A DNA stretch of 64,000 bases from contig NC_087252.1 in NCBI RefSeq assembly GCF_037042905.1, positions 3,412,001 through 3,476,000 on the forward strand. The letters run 5' to 3'. Every line of letters starts with the position of its first letter. The first letter of the stretch is position 1. This DNA comes from Lytechinus pictus. Its lineage: Eukaryota. Positions 13,070 through 26,806 of this stretch are shown here, in pieces. A program made the translations under genes and the position numbers. The notes beneath the pieces were generated by a model. It made no database searches. It was not told the origin of the DNA and worked only from the letters and a program-made list of their open reading frames with translations.

Positions 13070-16000
13070 TTATGAGTAGATGTTACCTACGCCATTAACT
13101 TTTGCCTTGCAGAAGGGACATTCCATATCATTGGCAAAGAAATGATTCCCACATGGCGCACAAATAGCATGGCCACAGGGAATTAAAAAAGAGGTCTTCT
13201 GCCTGTCCAGGCATATCGTGCAGGCAGCAGTGGTAGGTACCTTCATTGCGACCTGCAATGATAAAAATATAAAAAAGAACAAAGTCACTGCACTGAAAAT
13301 AATGTATACATGTATGAATTAGATGTATGTATGGGATGAGATGTATGAAGTGAGATGAGATGTTGATCTCATCTTGATATCACCTGTGTTCCAAGGAAGT
13401 CGAGTATGTATACAGTTATTGATCGCATATATATCACTAGATGGGGAAAATTGTGTTTTATGACATGATGTATCTTTTGACCACAATTATACAGCAAGAC
13501 TTAGGATGAGGTTTATCCCCTTCAAACTTTAGAGGGGGTACAACTAGTCAAAACTTTGGCGGAGATGTTAGATTTCCAATAAAAATATTTTCTATCCTGC
13601 GAAAACCAATTGATCAATCACATTTTTGGAACACTCATCAATATTCATAAAAGGGATATAATGAAGAATAGTCTACAAGGGTTCAGTTTGTTGCATGCCT
13701 CTACTTCATCCATATCAATGATATATAGGTCTTTGTCCTGGATTCAAACAAGAAGTCGGAAGTGTGGCTGAAGCATTCCTCCATCACAGAGAGGCGTATT
13801 CCATGACACTTTGTATAGGGGTCTTCTAAGCCATGGCTCTCCCAGCCCCCGGAGTGAAATGTCCTTTGGTCATTAGTTGTCATTCTGAAGAAACATTGGC
13901 TTGGTGATTGGGCAACTACATTTTGAAATCGTTGTGACTAGACAAATCATTTGGTAATATTTTGAAGAAAATTGGATAAAATATAGTTCTTGACATGACC
14001 CCTCCCCCCAATTAAGCAGGCAATGACCCAATTTCAGTCCCTAGGAAATATGGTTGAACTTATTATCAAGAAAGACATCAGAGCTGGCTGAATTTGTTAA
14101 GTATCCACTTATCAACCCCAAAACAACTGTCAATTCTTGGTCTCCACGAAAGTACAGTGGAACCTAGTAACCTAGCTACAAGTTGTGCCTCTACCATCTA
14201 TAATGTCAGTGAACCATGCATTAGAATGACAATGCATAGTTGCAAAATGAAGTTTACGTTTAATGTCCTGTAATCGGAATTCACCGATCACATTTCTAAA
14301 ATCTTCATGGGTATTGTATAATATGGTTTAATACCGTTGGGGTTCCCCCGTTGACAAACATCTGCCCTGCGTCTGTTGAACTTGTGCCCGTCGTGCTCCT
14401 GCCTATTGAGCTTGTGGCTGTCAAACTAATGTCCGTCGAGCTTGTGCCAGCGAGATCTGCACAAATATATGAAAAAGTGTAATAACACTAACAGATGAAC
14501 AAAAAAAAATGCACACACAGAATGACTGGAAGGCTGTATACAAGTCTAAAAGAAATGCAATGGCGGAATCTGAATAATTGGAAAATCGCAATTAAAGTTG
14601 ACTTGGTGTATAGATGGTGCTTCACGCAAGGCTTGCAAAAATCCCAGAGGACAGTACCATGCCACGAAACATTCTAGTTGGGAATGGAAGAAACATTATG
14701 CCAACTACGAAAAACTACTGCATGCACCGACCAAACCAATGAATCAAACACTGACCCAGCCTCATTATACACCAACCCTACACTAAGCACTGCGACAGCA
14801 AATTTCCAATTGCTTTGAGTGTATGTGGCTTCTTCATCTCTATATGCGTCGCTGCATCACGTCGCATCACACACAAGAGTGAGTGGGAGTGAACCGAAGT
14901 GCTATGTACTCCTTGCCCCCCCCCCCCCCCCCATCAAAACCCTTCACGGAAGCTGGGAAAAAGTTATGGCACTGCAAAGATGAATTTCTACAAGCATTGC
15001 GTGAAGCGCTATCTACCCACCCAGCCAACTTTAAGTGATGGCCAAAAATAATCACTTGAAAATTACCAAATTTCTTTTACAGTAGATAAACAAGTTATCC
15101 ATCTTTATCATTCTCAGATAGCTCAGATATACAGTGCTGCTGAAGAACAGATAGTGGCTGAAGCAGGTGCCATGCTACAATAAAATGAAATGAATATATG
15201 TGTGTGTGTGATAGAGAGAGAGACATATGGTGGCAAACGAGGACCTACAAGTGAACTGTACATTTAAAGGGAGGATGTCCTCGATCTGCATCTGAAAACT
15301 ATTGTTAATGGTTACAAATCAAATCACATGTCTGTTCTTATAGGGGTGTGGTCGAAAGTGCTCTATTTATATTGCGTCTTTGGACATGCAGAAAAAACTT
15401 CAGATCAATTCTTGGTTCACTAGATTCCTACTGACACAGAAGTCCTCTGCTATGTTGTAAAGATGTATCGCTGTTAAAGGTCCTTGACTGCCACAACAAA
15501 CGTGAGCGTGTGTGTGAGTTTTAATATGGCTGATTCCTGAGAAAAGTGTACAAACCATGTACCAGTCAATATAATTTGGGGCATGATTGACAGTTTCAAT
15601 TTTATGTTCGTAAGATAGAGCTCAAGGAGACCTTTCATTAATATTGTATGTCAAATTTGACGTATTTCATGCAGAGGTTTACTTAACAAGTTCAAGCGTG
15701 TCATTTTGGCAAGTTTTTAAAACTTTTTTTTAACCTAGAGTTTTAATAATCATAAAGATGGGACTAAAATGCTTTTAACATTGTTTTTCATAGATTCTAT
15801 GTTTCCCATTTATCTTTTAATAATAGGAAAATTTTGGAATTCCATGTACAATTCAAGATGTGTATATTCTTTAACAAGCATGCACATGGGCTTGAGATGA
15901 ATGGAAGAGAATAAACAAGAAATCATTGACATAATTTCATGTAGGTGACAAAAATAAGAATGATTGTGTTTTGGAAGGTTCCTCTTTGGTTTGGAGTGAT

Positions 16001-19000
16001 ACTTGTACATTCTACACATTTCAGCCCTTGGGCTGCCATGTGGTTTTTAATAAATACCATTTCAATCTCAATTTCAATTTCAAATACTTTTAGAGATATT
16101 TAATAAATAGCACATATAAATTCACATGTTGCCAATAATGATAAAATAAAGAATGTAAAAAGGCATAGAGCAATGAAATGGTATTCAACAATTAATGCAG
16201 ATAAATACAAACTGCACCAAAATTGGAGACAGAAGTCAGAACATCTCCACATCATACAAACATCAATGTCTACATGGTTTTAATTTAAAGGAGAATTAAC
16301 CCTTTACAGAGAGTTGTCTTACTCTGGATGCAGAAAAATCAAATAAGTACATCAGTGAAGGGTTGGTAAAAATCGGATGAATGATAAGAAAGTTATGAGT
16401 ATTTGAAAGTTGAGATCTCTGATGATATAGGAAATCTCCCAATGGCAACACAGTCATTGTGTGTGATGTCATGCAGGGAGAACTCCCCCATACGGTGTGT
16501 ACAAAAACTATTCAAAATGTCTTTGTTTTAAATTCTAATATTAGAACAGACTTTTTGTCCATGATATATTATGTCTTAACTGTTACATATATTCACATGT
16601 CATCCATAAAAAGAATCTCTGTTCTACCATTAGAATTGAGAAAATAGATCGATGATTTTAGTAGAATGTGTACTAAAGAAATGGGAAAGTTCTCCCTGCA
16701 TTACATCACACATCATGGTCGCATTGCCAATTGGAGGATCTCTATACCATTAGTGATCTCAACTTTAAAAAAATCATATCTCTCTTATTCGTTACCTGAT
16801 TTTTCTGAAACTTTACCAATATGTTTCTCTTATTTTTCTCCACTCATCAAAGCCATATTTCTCTGAAGGGTTAATTCCCCTTTAATGTACAACTTACTTG
16901 ACACTGAAGCATTGACAGCATCGAGTCCAGGATCTGGTAGATCACTTGACGGACTGGTGTCACTGTCCAGCACTTCGAGCACTTCTACGGCCTGTCCATC
17001 AAATGTTCCAGAACATGAAAATATTATTAGAAATCTTACTCTTAGAATTTATGTACATTTTTTGCAGCAAATTTGACACTATGATCTGTGTTATTATTGT
17101 AAACCTGTAGTAGTATTTCAGAATAGTCCAGTGATAACTAAACAATGAAGGTATAGACATAATGTGTCTCGCCACATCCGTGTGCAAACATTCTTGAAGG
17201 TAAATTGCAATTTGACCGCATTTCACCTTAGACGTACAAACATGACCTTTGACCGAACCAACATCGAGGTCCCTGTAAGCCATTTACACTCACCTTACAA
17301 ATGGGCTTCTAGTTCAAAAGTTATCAACCCCAGTAGAAACTTGCAGATAAATTTTAATATTTGACCTCATTTGGCTTTCGACCTGCATACGTGACCTTTG
17401 ACCCCTAAATAACATTAAGGTCACTGTATATGGCATCTACCATCCAAGTTTGGTAACAAAGGGGCTAGTGGTTCAAAAGTTATTTACCCCAGTAGAAAGT
17501 GTAAACATATGAACTCATTTGACCTTTGACCTACATACACGACATTTGACCTCCAAATAACATTAAGGTCCCTATGGAGCATCTACATCCAAGTCGCAAA
17601 GTTATTCAAGTTTCATAAGCATTACGGACGGACGAACGACGGACGGATGCCACCGAGGATCCCTTAGTCTCGCTTCACCTTGGGTCGCTCGACAAAAATA
17701 ACAGATCGGATCAAAACTGTAGCTGTGAAGACTAGGGGGGGCCATGATAACCCCCCCCCTAAGATCTTGGCCGCCGGTCACGCGATCGCCGCAAAATTTT
17801 GCACGCTGGTAGTGTGTGATGTAATCTACAAGGCTGTATTGTTTGTTTTCCCAAAAGTATGTTGCTTTATTTTATATTATTTAATTATGCTAATTTATGC
17901 ATGAAATCATACTTTTTGCTCTAAATCACTAAATAAAGCTTCTAAAATGCTCATCTTTTGCGAAAATACTCTTTGTAGCATTCCTAACAATTGTACTTGA
18001 AAAAAAAATCGGTATCAAATTTATTTCTTTTGTTTTTTATTGTTTTACGAATTTCTTATGTATTTCTTTGTTTTTTTAACCTTTTGTTGTTGTTTTTTCG
18101 CAAAATTTATCATAGAACCTTTTTCAAGCATAATAATGCTATAATAAATTAATTTCAGCCAATGAAAGTGAAAATAATCATATCTTTATGAATAAGAGGA
18201 GAAAACTCCATTTGCATTGACTTTGTACACAAAATCATGTTTTTGAGCCACTTTTGGTCTGACGGACGTGTATATCATGCAGCGCCGTAACGGTATGCCC
18301 GATTTTCGCAAAAATTGTTTTAAAAGATGCGCGAGACTTTAAAGTAAAGAGTCACTGAGCGGCGTGGTCAAATAATTTTGCGCGGCGGAATGGTCGCGGA
18401 AAAAGTCGAGGGGGGGGGGGCTTTAAACCCCCCCCCCCCCCATGGGATTATCTGGATTATCCAAATCTGGATAACTCAATTTCACTAATTGTTGTGGAAA
18501 GAATTGACACCAAAAGCATTCACTTTCTGAGGATAACTATACATGCATGTACCTTCTGTTTTGTGAACAAATAGATTCTGGTGCGGCTCCCATATTTTGC
18601 ATACAGCTGTTCCAAGCTGAAATCTGTATCAAGCAGCTGTCCTTGGAAGTTTCTGAGTTCCTTCTCCATTTCTTTCAAATTTCCTTTGGAGCTTTTTCCA
18701 CCTGGAAAAAAAGCTTTGGCGGAGATTTCTAGTAGATTTTTATACGATGAGTCTCTTGGTACTTGTTGGATGACAGTCCCTCCGCCTTGGTTTGACTTAA
18801 CCTGCACATAATCTTTGCTGCCAGTCTGAAAGTGTCTCCATCCAATGTTTATTCGCACCTGCAAAATGTATGAGAAAGGCTCATCATTTATTGCCTCCTT
18901 CATTTCTTCAGTAGGACTTTGTGGGCCTTTGAAAAAAAAAATCATTCATGGAATACTAGTATGACCCATATTTAGCCCATATTCTTACTTAAACTGCGCC

Positions 19001-22000
19001 TTTGGGTAATGATCCTAGGGTGCAAATTTGATCATCCTACCTTAAAGCTATAGAAAGTAGTTGAAAGTACAGTGATTTTCAGGCCAGGTTCATGGATCTT
19101 TCACCTTTGAGTCAGATTCAGGCCATACTCAAATTTTGACCTGCCCTTTTGAGTAATGTACATATGGTGTGAATTTGGAGGATTGACCTCAATACTTTGG
19201 AAAGTTATCAAGAATACACCATTGTTGACGACTTCGATGTTGACGACAAGTACTGCCAATGCCACTGAAAATAGTGATGCCTATAATAGATCTCGCTTCC
19301 ACTATACGCAGGCGAGACACAAGCAATTTTCAAGGCAAAGTTTAAAATATGAATTTTCAAGCAGGATCTTATTTCTCACCTACCCCCCCCCCCAAAAAAA
19401 AAAGAAGATTCCCTTATATCATCAGGGTCCTCTGTCCATGGACACTTTTGGGGACTAGGTAGCCCATTCTATCATATATTACATTACATTCTCCAAGGAA
19501 GATTTTTACCAAATTTTATGAATCCCTCAATCCCTTATCAGGCAGAGGCATAATTATAATGAAAAAAACAAAAACAATCATACCTCTCCCCGAGATTTCA
19601 TAGATGTCTTCTTCATTTTTGTTTGTGCCACATTCTTGAAAATATCTAATAGTTTTCTCTTTCTTGAATCATCATCTGCCCTTTTAGTGCTTCCTAAAAA
19701 AAAGAAATACAGAAAAAGATAATTTATTGACTTTTTTCAGGTTGAAACGAAAAAGAAGAAGAAGAAGAAGAAGAAAAAAGGATTCTCGACTGCACGCAGT
19801 CAAAATTTACTTTAAAAACGCCTCTGCCCCTAGCAAAATTTGCAATATATTGCACGTTAAAGATAATCTTGAGTAGTGGTCATGATAAAAAAAATAAAAC
19901 ACAAGTTTTCCTTCTAAAATATCAAGCATAGTGAATAAATACTACACACCAAAGGATTTTGCAGAAAATTGCGTAATTGCTGAGAAAAGAGCAAAATAAG
20001 CATCAATTTTGACCGCTTGTCGGGACGTCACCACGTGCGTGTTTTTCACATGCTACATGTACGTGGTAAGTCATGGGTACATGTATATCACAATGCACGC
20101 CATTTTTTTTTGCAGCCCACACCCCCCCCCCCCCCCCCGTAGATCCGCTATGGGAGGGCAGTCCCCTGAATATCACTCTTTCAAGCCTTAAATTTCGTTA
20201 GATTTAGGGCAAGGCCACTTTTTCCATAGGGCCCTTTTTTTTCATTACAGTACGAATGTAAATGTCTAGAAAGGGCACCCAAAATCTCCAAGGACAAACA
20301 GGGACTTTTGGAAGGGGCATTAAGGCCACTTAAGGGGGCATCCAAGGCAATGGCCTCATGGCCTTGGGTTAATTTAAGCCCTGCTCTTTCGAATCTATTG
20401 TCTCCTTCACAAAGGCGCTACCTAACAATTTTGAGACATCCTGTACAAATACTTTTCTATATATGGTCACAAGCTGGCGCTGTTTATCCTGTCGTCCTCG
20501 TGGGTTTGTTTTGGATAACGTCTGCCTTATAAGCTCACTTTCTGTACTGTCGGTCTCGTGGGCTGTTTTGGTCTACCGTCGGTGTCATGGACCTAAATTG
20601 CGTATTTTCTGTCTCGTGGGTCATATTTTTGTGATGTTGGTCTCGTGTACCTTTATTAGCTATTGTCTATCTAGTGGGCTGTCGGTCTTGTGGGCCTATT
20701 TCATTTAAAGTCGATCTCGTTGGCCTATTTTACTTATTGTCGGTCTCGTGGGCCGTCGGACTCGTGGGTGTCGGTCTCATGGGTTGTACCCACAAATGGG
20801 CTTATGGTTCGGAAGTTATCATTAACCCCCTACTTAGAAACTTGCAGGTAAATGTTAATATCTGACCTTGTTTGACCTTTTACCTATATACGTGACCTTT
20901 GACCCCTAAATAATATTTAGGTCACTGTATGGCATCTACCATCCAAGTTAAACAAAGGTTCAAAATTACAAACCCCAGCAGAAAATGTAAAAATTTGAAC
21001 TCGAATCCCCTAGTCTCGCCTACACCTTTGATGGGCGAGACAAAAGAGAGATTTTCACCCACTACCAAACAAGCCTCTAATCTGGCTATAGCCAAGTCAA
21101 TAGCAAAAGACAAGTAAATTCAATTGTTTTGGGAACTGTGATTGGCACCTCCCAGTTTTCCTACATTGGCTAAAGTTTTACATTCAAATTATCATTGGCA
21201 TCCTTCAACAAAATCTGGCTACTACTGATCATGCTGAATTTAATTTTCTTACCATCATCCACTAACATCTTTATTTGTACACTGGTCTCTAGCCTGAACG
21301 ACTCCGTTACATCGACCCAGTCATTCCACGACTGAGAGAAATACTGCAGCCTGACTTGTGAACCAAAAGGCTGATCTGCAAAAATCTGAGGAGCAAGATT
21401 AAGTCAGTTGTCACAATATTATGGCAAGAAATAACTAGATGGATTCTCAACTGCGCACAGTAAGAATCAATACTCAAGTTCAACCTTTGCCAGATCTGAT
21501 ATTATACATATAGTGCATGCTAGGGTGTTGAATATACCGTAATATGTGCATCATACGGCCTTGGTGACATATAATTGCACGAGAGATAATTTAGTATTTG
21601 GAGTTCATATAGTCCAGTAATGGTGCATCAATAGAACATGTAATATCTGTTATAGTAAATAGACCCCTAGATCTAAGGCCTAACCCGAGGCCTGCTGCAG
21701 TTTCTTCGCCTTTATTTATTTTGCTAAGCCATTATGACGTAGATCGTTCCTGCGCGTTTTCTGGTATTAATTTTTATGCGTATTTTTCTGGCGCGTATCC
21801 ATTGTCTTAGCCTTAATTAATTGTGCTAATCGATTGTGACGTATATTGTTGTTGCGCATAAAAGTTGCTTTTACGCGCTAGCGGAATCAGGCAAGATTCA
21901 TCCCCATTCAGTTTAACACGGGATTCCCCATGCATGAATCAAAGAAATGTTTAACGATCGTGTGACATACCGTAATTCTTTAATGGCACGTGGTACTAAT

Positions 22001-25000
22001 CCAACCAATCACAGCGCGTATTTTACTTACACTATTTACTATTATATAGATCTTGCATGGTCTATCATGCACTATACTAGATTATGGCACGACAAACTAC
22101 TAAATTATCCCAAGTGCAGGTTTGTTTCACCGAGGCCAAAGGCCGAGGTGAAATAGACCTGCACGAGGGATAATTTAGTAGTTGGAGTTCACATAGTCCA
22201 GTAATGGTGCATAGATAGAACATGCAATATCTATTATAGTAAATAGACCCCTAGATCTAGGGCCTAGCCCTAGGAATAATGAATTGTCTTCAACTTTATT
22301 TATTGTGCTAAGCCATTATGACGTATATTGTTACTGCGCGTACCCATTGTTATAAGTATTTATTAGTCTATGGTTATAAGCTTGTGTGCGTACCCTTTTA
22401 GTATAACGCGCAAGCAGAATCGGACAAGAGTGACTCATCCCCATTCATTTGAACACGGGATTCCCCGTGCATGAATCAAAGAAATGTTTCACGATCGTGA
22501 AACATACCGTAATTCTTTAATGCCACGTGATACTAATCCAACCAATCACAGCGCGTATTTTACTTACACTATTTACTATAACCATATCTGGTGTAGGTAT
22601 ATTTATATGTAAATGGAACAATATAAGGACATATATCTAACCGATTCTTTCCAATTTACTTTTGGCTTCAACAACTCAAGTTGAGCTTTAAGCTTCTGTG
22701 GTTTCTGGGGTGTGGCTACTTCTGTGGTTTCTGGGGTGTGGCTAGGGGGGGGGGGCTAAGTTAAATCCGTCTTTTGATGAGTTTGTAAATCATCTTTTGT
22801 ACTGTATTACTCTCGTATGCATACATGTTCACCCTTTCTGGATTGATGTTGTAATTGTTTTCTTAATATCGTGTTTATATTGTTACTGTATAGGCCTTTT
22901 GGTATAGTTTTAGGTCAATAACATGTTGAAAAGCCTTTGGAAGCTAAATTTCCATGTATTTTGTGCATGGACCAATAAAGACTTCTTGTATCTTGTATGA
23001 TCTGGGTGAGGCTATTTTGTGCTCATCGTACGACGGATCATCGGTAGCGCGCCTCGTCTCAAGTCAAGGCTAGACCTCTATAGCTCTAACTTTTTTTATA
23101 GGGGTCTATGGCTAATGTAAACTGACATGAATTGACCAGGATAGTGAAATAATAACAGTTAGATCGAGATCTAGAGTCCTGTCCTGAGCTCCGTTTCATA
23201 ACACTTGTTATCAATAGAGTACCGAAGTGATGACGTCACAAAATATTTTTTTTGGATTTCATTGTTTTTTCTTTCATATCTCTGAGGAGCATGATGAAAA
23301 ACATTTACAGCCCAAATTTGGTACGAATCAGTTCAACGGGCCGCCGGGGCCCGAGTCCGAGATATGACCACATGAATTATACCTAGAATAGAGTCTAGTC
23401 CCATTGAAGTCAATGTGTTATTGGCCTGGTTCTAAAAGTTTAGAACCAGGCCAATACATTGACTTCAACAAGTATTCATGAATAATGTGGTCATATCTCG
23501 GGCTCCGTTGACCCGATTCCTACCAAATTTTGGCTGTGGATGTTTTTCATCATGCTCCTCCGAGATACCCAGGACCAAAATCCAATTGAAACCAGTTGAA
23601 ATCTCCAACTGTTTTCAATTGGTTTCAACTGGTTTCAATTGGTTTCAATTGGTTTCAATTGGAATATAAAATTTCCAGTTGAAACCAATTGCCGAACTGG
23701 AAAATATTGTTATGGGTACTCATTTCCAGTTCAAACCAATAAAAAGTGCAACTGGAACCATGCAGTAAGCTAGGTAATTTTTCCAGTTACTCAATTGGTT
23801 CCAGTTAGAAGTCATTTCCAGTTACCCAACTGGATCCAGTTAGCATTCATTTCCAGTTAGAAGTCATTTCCAGTTACCCAACTGGTTCCAGTTAGAATTC
23901 ATTTCCAATTACCCAATTGGTTCCAGTTAGAAGTCATTTCCAGTTACCCAACTGGTTCCAGTTAGCATTCATTTCCAGTTAGAAGTCATTTCCAGTTACC
24001 CAACTGGTTCCAGTTAGAATTCATTTCCAGTTAGAAGTCATTTCCAGTTACCCAACTGGTTCCAGTTAGAAGTCATTTCCAGTTACCCAACTGGTTCCAG
24101 TTAGAATTTATTTCCAGTTACCCAACTGGTTCCAGTTAGCATTCATTTCCAGTTAGCATTCATTTCCAGTTACCCAACTGGTTCCAGTTAGAATTCATTT
24201 CCAGTTACCCAATTGGTTCCAGTTAGCATTCATTTCCAGTTAGAAGTTATTTCCAGTTACCCAACTGGTTCCAGTTAGAATTCATTTCCAGTTACACAAT
24301 TGGTTCCAATTGGAAATATTTCCAGTTACCCAACTGGATCCAATTGAAACCAGTTAATTTGCATATTATCTGCTTGTGTGCAGATCAATGTTTTATGTAA
24401 TTTATTTTGATTTACAATGTACTTATTAATTAATTTTCATTTGCAAGTAATGCATTTGTTTTAGATAAATATAAAGATTAATTAGCAATGATAAGCATGT
24501 TCATTAGTAACATATTTTTTTAATTACACAGATTAAAAGTTGATTAGTAAAACACTAACCATGTACAAAATACATTAAAATAGAAACATATATAATGGCA
24601 ATGCCTTCCTTCCTTCCTTCCAACTAGGCGTTGTGGCGTGCGCCTGTAATCCAGCTAACAGTGGAAGTTACAAACTGATTCAGCCGAGGACGCAGGTTCG
24701 AAACTGAATCGCGTCTTTCGGATGGTGACGTTAAAGGTCGGTCCCCAGACGTAAATAATCATATCTGATTGATATACGTCTGTAAAAACCCAATACACAC
24801 ACACCTTGTTAAATATATTATATGGTCTGCATATTATAATGCCCTTTACATTGTACTTAATGTAGACACATATAACAATGCTTCTGTGTTGACATGAGCG
24901 ATAATTAGTGCCAGAGCTAATTAACTTATAACTAATTAAGTTTATGCCAACTGTATAAAGTTTCAATTGGATCCAATAGAAACCAATTGAAACCAGTTGA

Positions 25001-25807
25001 AACCAATTGAAATTGGTTTCAACTGGTTTCAATTGGTTTCAACTGGTTTCAATTGGTTTCTATTGGATCCAATTGAAACTTAGTTGGCAACTGGTTTCAA
25101 TTGGTTTTGCTCCAATTGGTTTCAACTGGATTTTGGTCCTGGGGTCACAATTCGGTACTCTAGACTAGTCTAGATCTAAGTTAGATTCTCTAGATCTAGC
25201 CTCTAACGTTAGATCTAGGCCCTATATCACTTTTATATCGACAATATCACTATCAGTAACAACTGATATTTCTGACAAATTTGCTCTCAGCCAATCAGAT
25301 GCAAGGATTCCAGTAGCTTATAGTCTAACAGTTATTGCAACTTGTTATTGATAACAGGTTAAATATGAAACGGGACCCTGAAAATGGCCTAAGTAACTTG
25401 TGGTAATCACGTCGAATAGGGGACCAGCCGGCAAACATACCCTACACTCCACCCTAAGACTAAGTTAGAGATCTAGGCCTAACGTTAGATCTAGTCGGCG
25501 GCCTAACGCTAAAACCCTATCCCTAGCTTCTCGTGTTATTTTTGCCGGTCCCCTATTCGACGTGATTGCCTAACTTGTTATAGTCTACCTAGATCTAGAC
25601 CTAGTTAGGCCTATACAGTATACTTACTTGTTGTGAAAGTTCGATTAAATCGGCTCTATTTGCCCCCCGCACTGCCTCCACCTCTCGAGCTCTGTCCGGT
25701 CCCATCCTAAAGAGAATCTTCACATTATGCTGCTTCTTCTCCTCGCCGTTCTCATCACTGCTAGTACTGTCTCCGTTGTTCTTGTTCTCGTCTGTTTGGT
25801 CTGCCAT
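13070..25807 (-). CDS. Spliced gene (~375 aa) for a putative RING-HC E3 ubiquitin ligase: two predicted ubiquitin-like/beta-grasp domains, a Ser/Thr linker and a C-terminal C3HC4 RING
   Basis: Phase-consistent GT-AG exons with no stops: 25807-25628, 21385-21253, 19693-19584, 18858-18553, 16991-16898, 14456-14335, 13252-13070. RING: CTIC...PCGH..CAPC...CPFC. Exon 4 motif: IGWRH..YVQVK..GGGT..FFPGG.S.KG..IYLFTK. Additional small exons are possible. Confidence 0.7.
14590..15035. mobile_element. Degenerate foldback MITE in an intron
   Basis: AAGTTG..TAGATGGTGCTTCACGCAAGGCTTG versus CAAGCATTGCGTGAAGCGCTATCTA..CAACTT. Confidence 0.5.
16289..16881. mobile_element. Kolobok-type MITE
   Basis: TTAA|AGGAGAATTAACCCTT ... 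AAGGGTTAATTCCCCT|TTAA; internally palindromic. Confidence 0.75.
17160..17698 (-). mobile_element. Helentron/DINE-like non-autonomous repeat
   Basis: TGACCTTTGACC core repeats, (GACG)n microsatellite and terminal hairpin; similar fragments at ~19100-19320 and ~20790-21045. Confidence 0.5.
21576..22582. repeat. Tandem ~580-bp duplication with a central long palindrome (Crypton-like non-autonomous repeat)
   Basis: GATAATTTAGTA..GGAGTTCA..TAGACCCCTAGATCTA..CCAACCAATCACAGCGCGTATTTTACTTACACTATTTACTAT occurs twice; hairpin at 22095-22183. Confidence 0.6.
23568..25143. mobile_element. CCC-terminated MITE with an internal TTCCAGTT/AACTGG satellite
   Basis: TIR CCCAGGACCAAAATCCA / TGGATTTTGGTCCTGGG; tandem array at 23780-24350. 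Confidence 0.75.
24623..24800 (+). mobile_element. SINE-like segment: 7SL-like head, B-box and Meta-domain-like core
   Basis: ACTAGGCGTTGTGGCGTGCGCCTGTAATCCAGCTA resembles the 7SL 5' end; GGTTCGAAAC B-box; GTCTTTCGGATGGTGACGTTAAAGGTCGGTCC core. Confidence 0.55.
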
Positions 25808-25953
25808 GATCGTTAACTTGTAGTAGGCCTATAGATCTAGATCTATATACATGTAGACTACCTATATCTCTAGACCATGTACGTACAGTACCTACAGATG
25901 AGATCGAGCGCGCGTGCGCAAGTCTAGATCTCGGCCGGCCATGGCCATATGCC

Positions 25954-26806
25954 CAAGTCGCCTTCTCGCCTTCTCTTCTTAAACAAAGCGCCTTGGTAAG
26001 TTTGTACAAGTCGCTTTCTCGCCTTCTCGCCTTAAACAAGGCGCCTTGGCGAGTTTGTACAAGTCGCCTTCTCGTCTTAAACAAGGCGCTTTGGCGAGTT
26101 TGTACACGGTCGCCTTCTCGCCATCTCGTCTTAAACAAGGCGCCTTGGCGACTTTCACAAGTCGGTTTCTCGCCTTCTCGACTTAAACAAGGCGCCTTGG
26201 CGAGTTTGTACAAGTCGCCTTCTCGCCTTCTCGTCCTAAACAAGGCGCCTTGGCGAATTTGTACAAGTCGCCTTCTCGCCTTCTCGTCTTAAACAAGGCG
26301 TTTTGGCGAGTTTGTACAAGTCGCCTTCTCGCCTTCTCGTCTTAAACAAGGCGCCTTGGCGAGTTTGTACAAGTCGCCTAGACGCCTTCTCATCAAAGAC
26401 AAAGCGCCTAGGCGAGTTTGTACAAGTCGCCTTATTACCTTCTCGTCTAAGACAAGGCGTCTTGGCGAGTTTGTACAAGTCGCCTATAGACGCCTTCTCA
26501 TCAAAGACAAAGCGCCTAGGCGAGTTTGTACAAGTCGCCTTCTCGCCTTCTCGTCTAAAACAAGGCGCCCTGGCGAGTTTGCACAAGTCGCCTAGACGCC
26601 TTTTCATCAAAGACAAAGCGCCTAGGCGAGTTTGTACAAGTCACCTTCTCGCCTTCTCTTATCAGACAAAGCGCCTAGGCGAGTTTGTACAAGTCGCCTT
26701 CTCGTCTTCTCGTCTTAAACAAGGCGTCTTGGCGAGTTTGTACAAGTCGCCTTCTCGCCTTTTTTGCCGAAACAAGGCGCCTTGGCGAGTTAAACAACTC
26801 GCCTTC
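25954..26806. repeat. Subterminal tandem array (~46-60-bp units)
   Basis: About 15 copies of CAAGTCGCCTTCTCGCCTTCTCGTCTTAAACAAGGCGCCTTGGCGAGTTTGTA, with a second subtype in the distal half. Confidence 0.9.

Larger units (their letters stand above)
23215..25162. mobile_element. TAG...CTA-terminated (Academ-type) MITE, interrupted by another MITE
   Basis: TAGAGTACCGAA / TTCGGTACTCTA; internal palindrome; itself lies inside a CCGTTTCATA...TATGAAACGG Harbinger-like MITE (~23187-25378). Confidence 0.55.

Noticed and set aside
13701..13887. Possible extra exon of the RING gene (also 15130-15176 and 22660-22730)
   Set aside because: Not needed for a phase-consistent model; splice sites and frames are ambiguous
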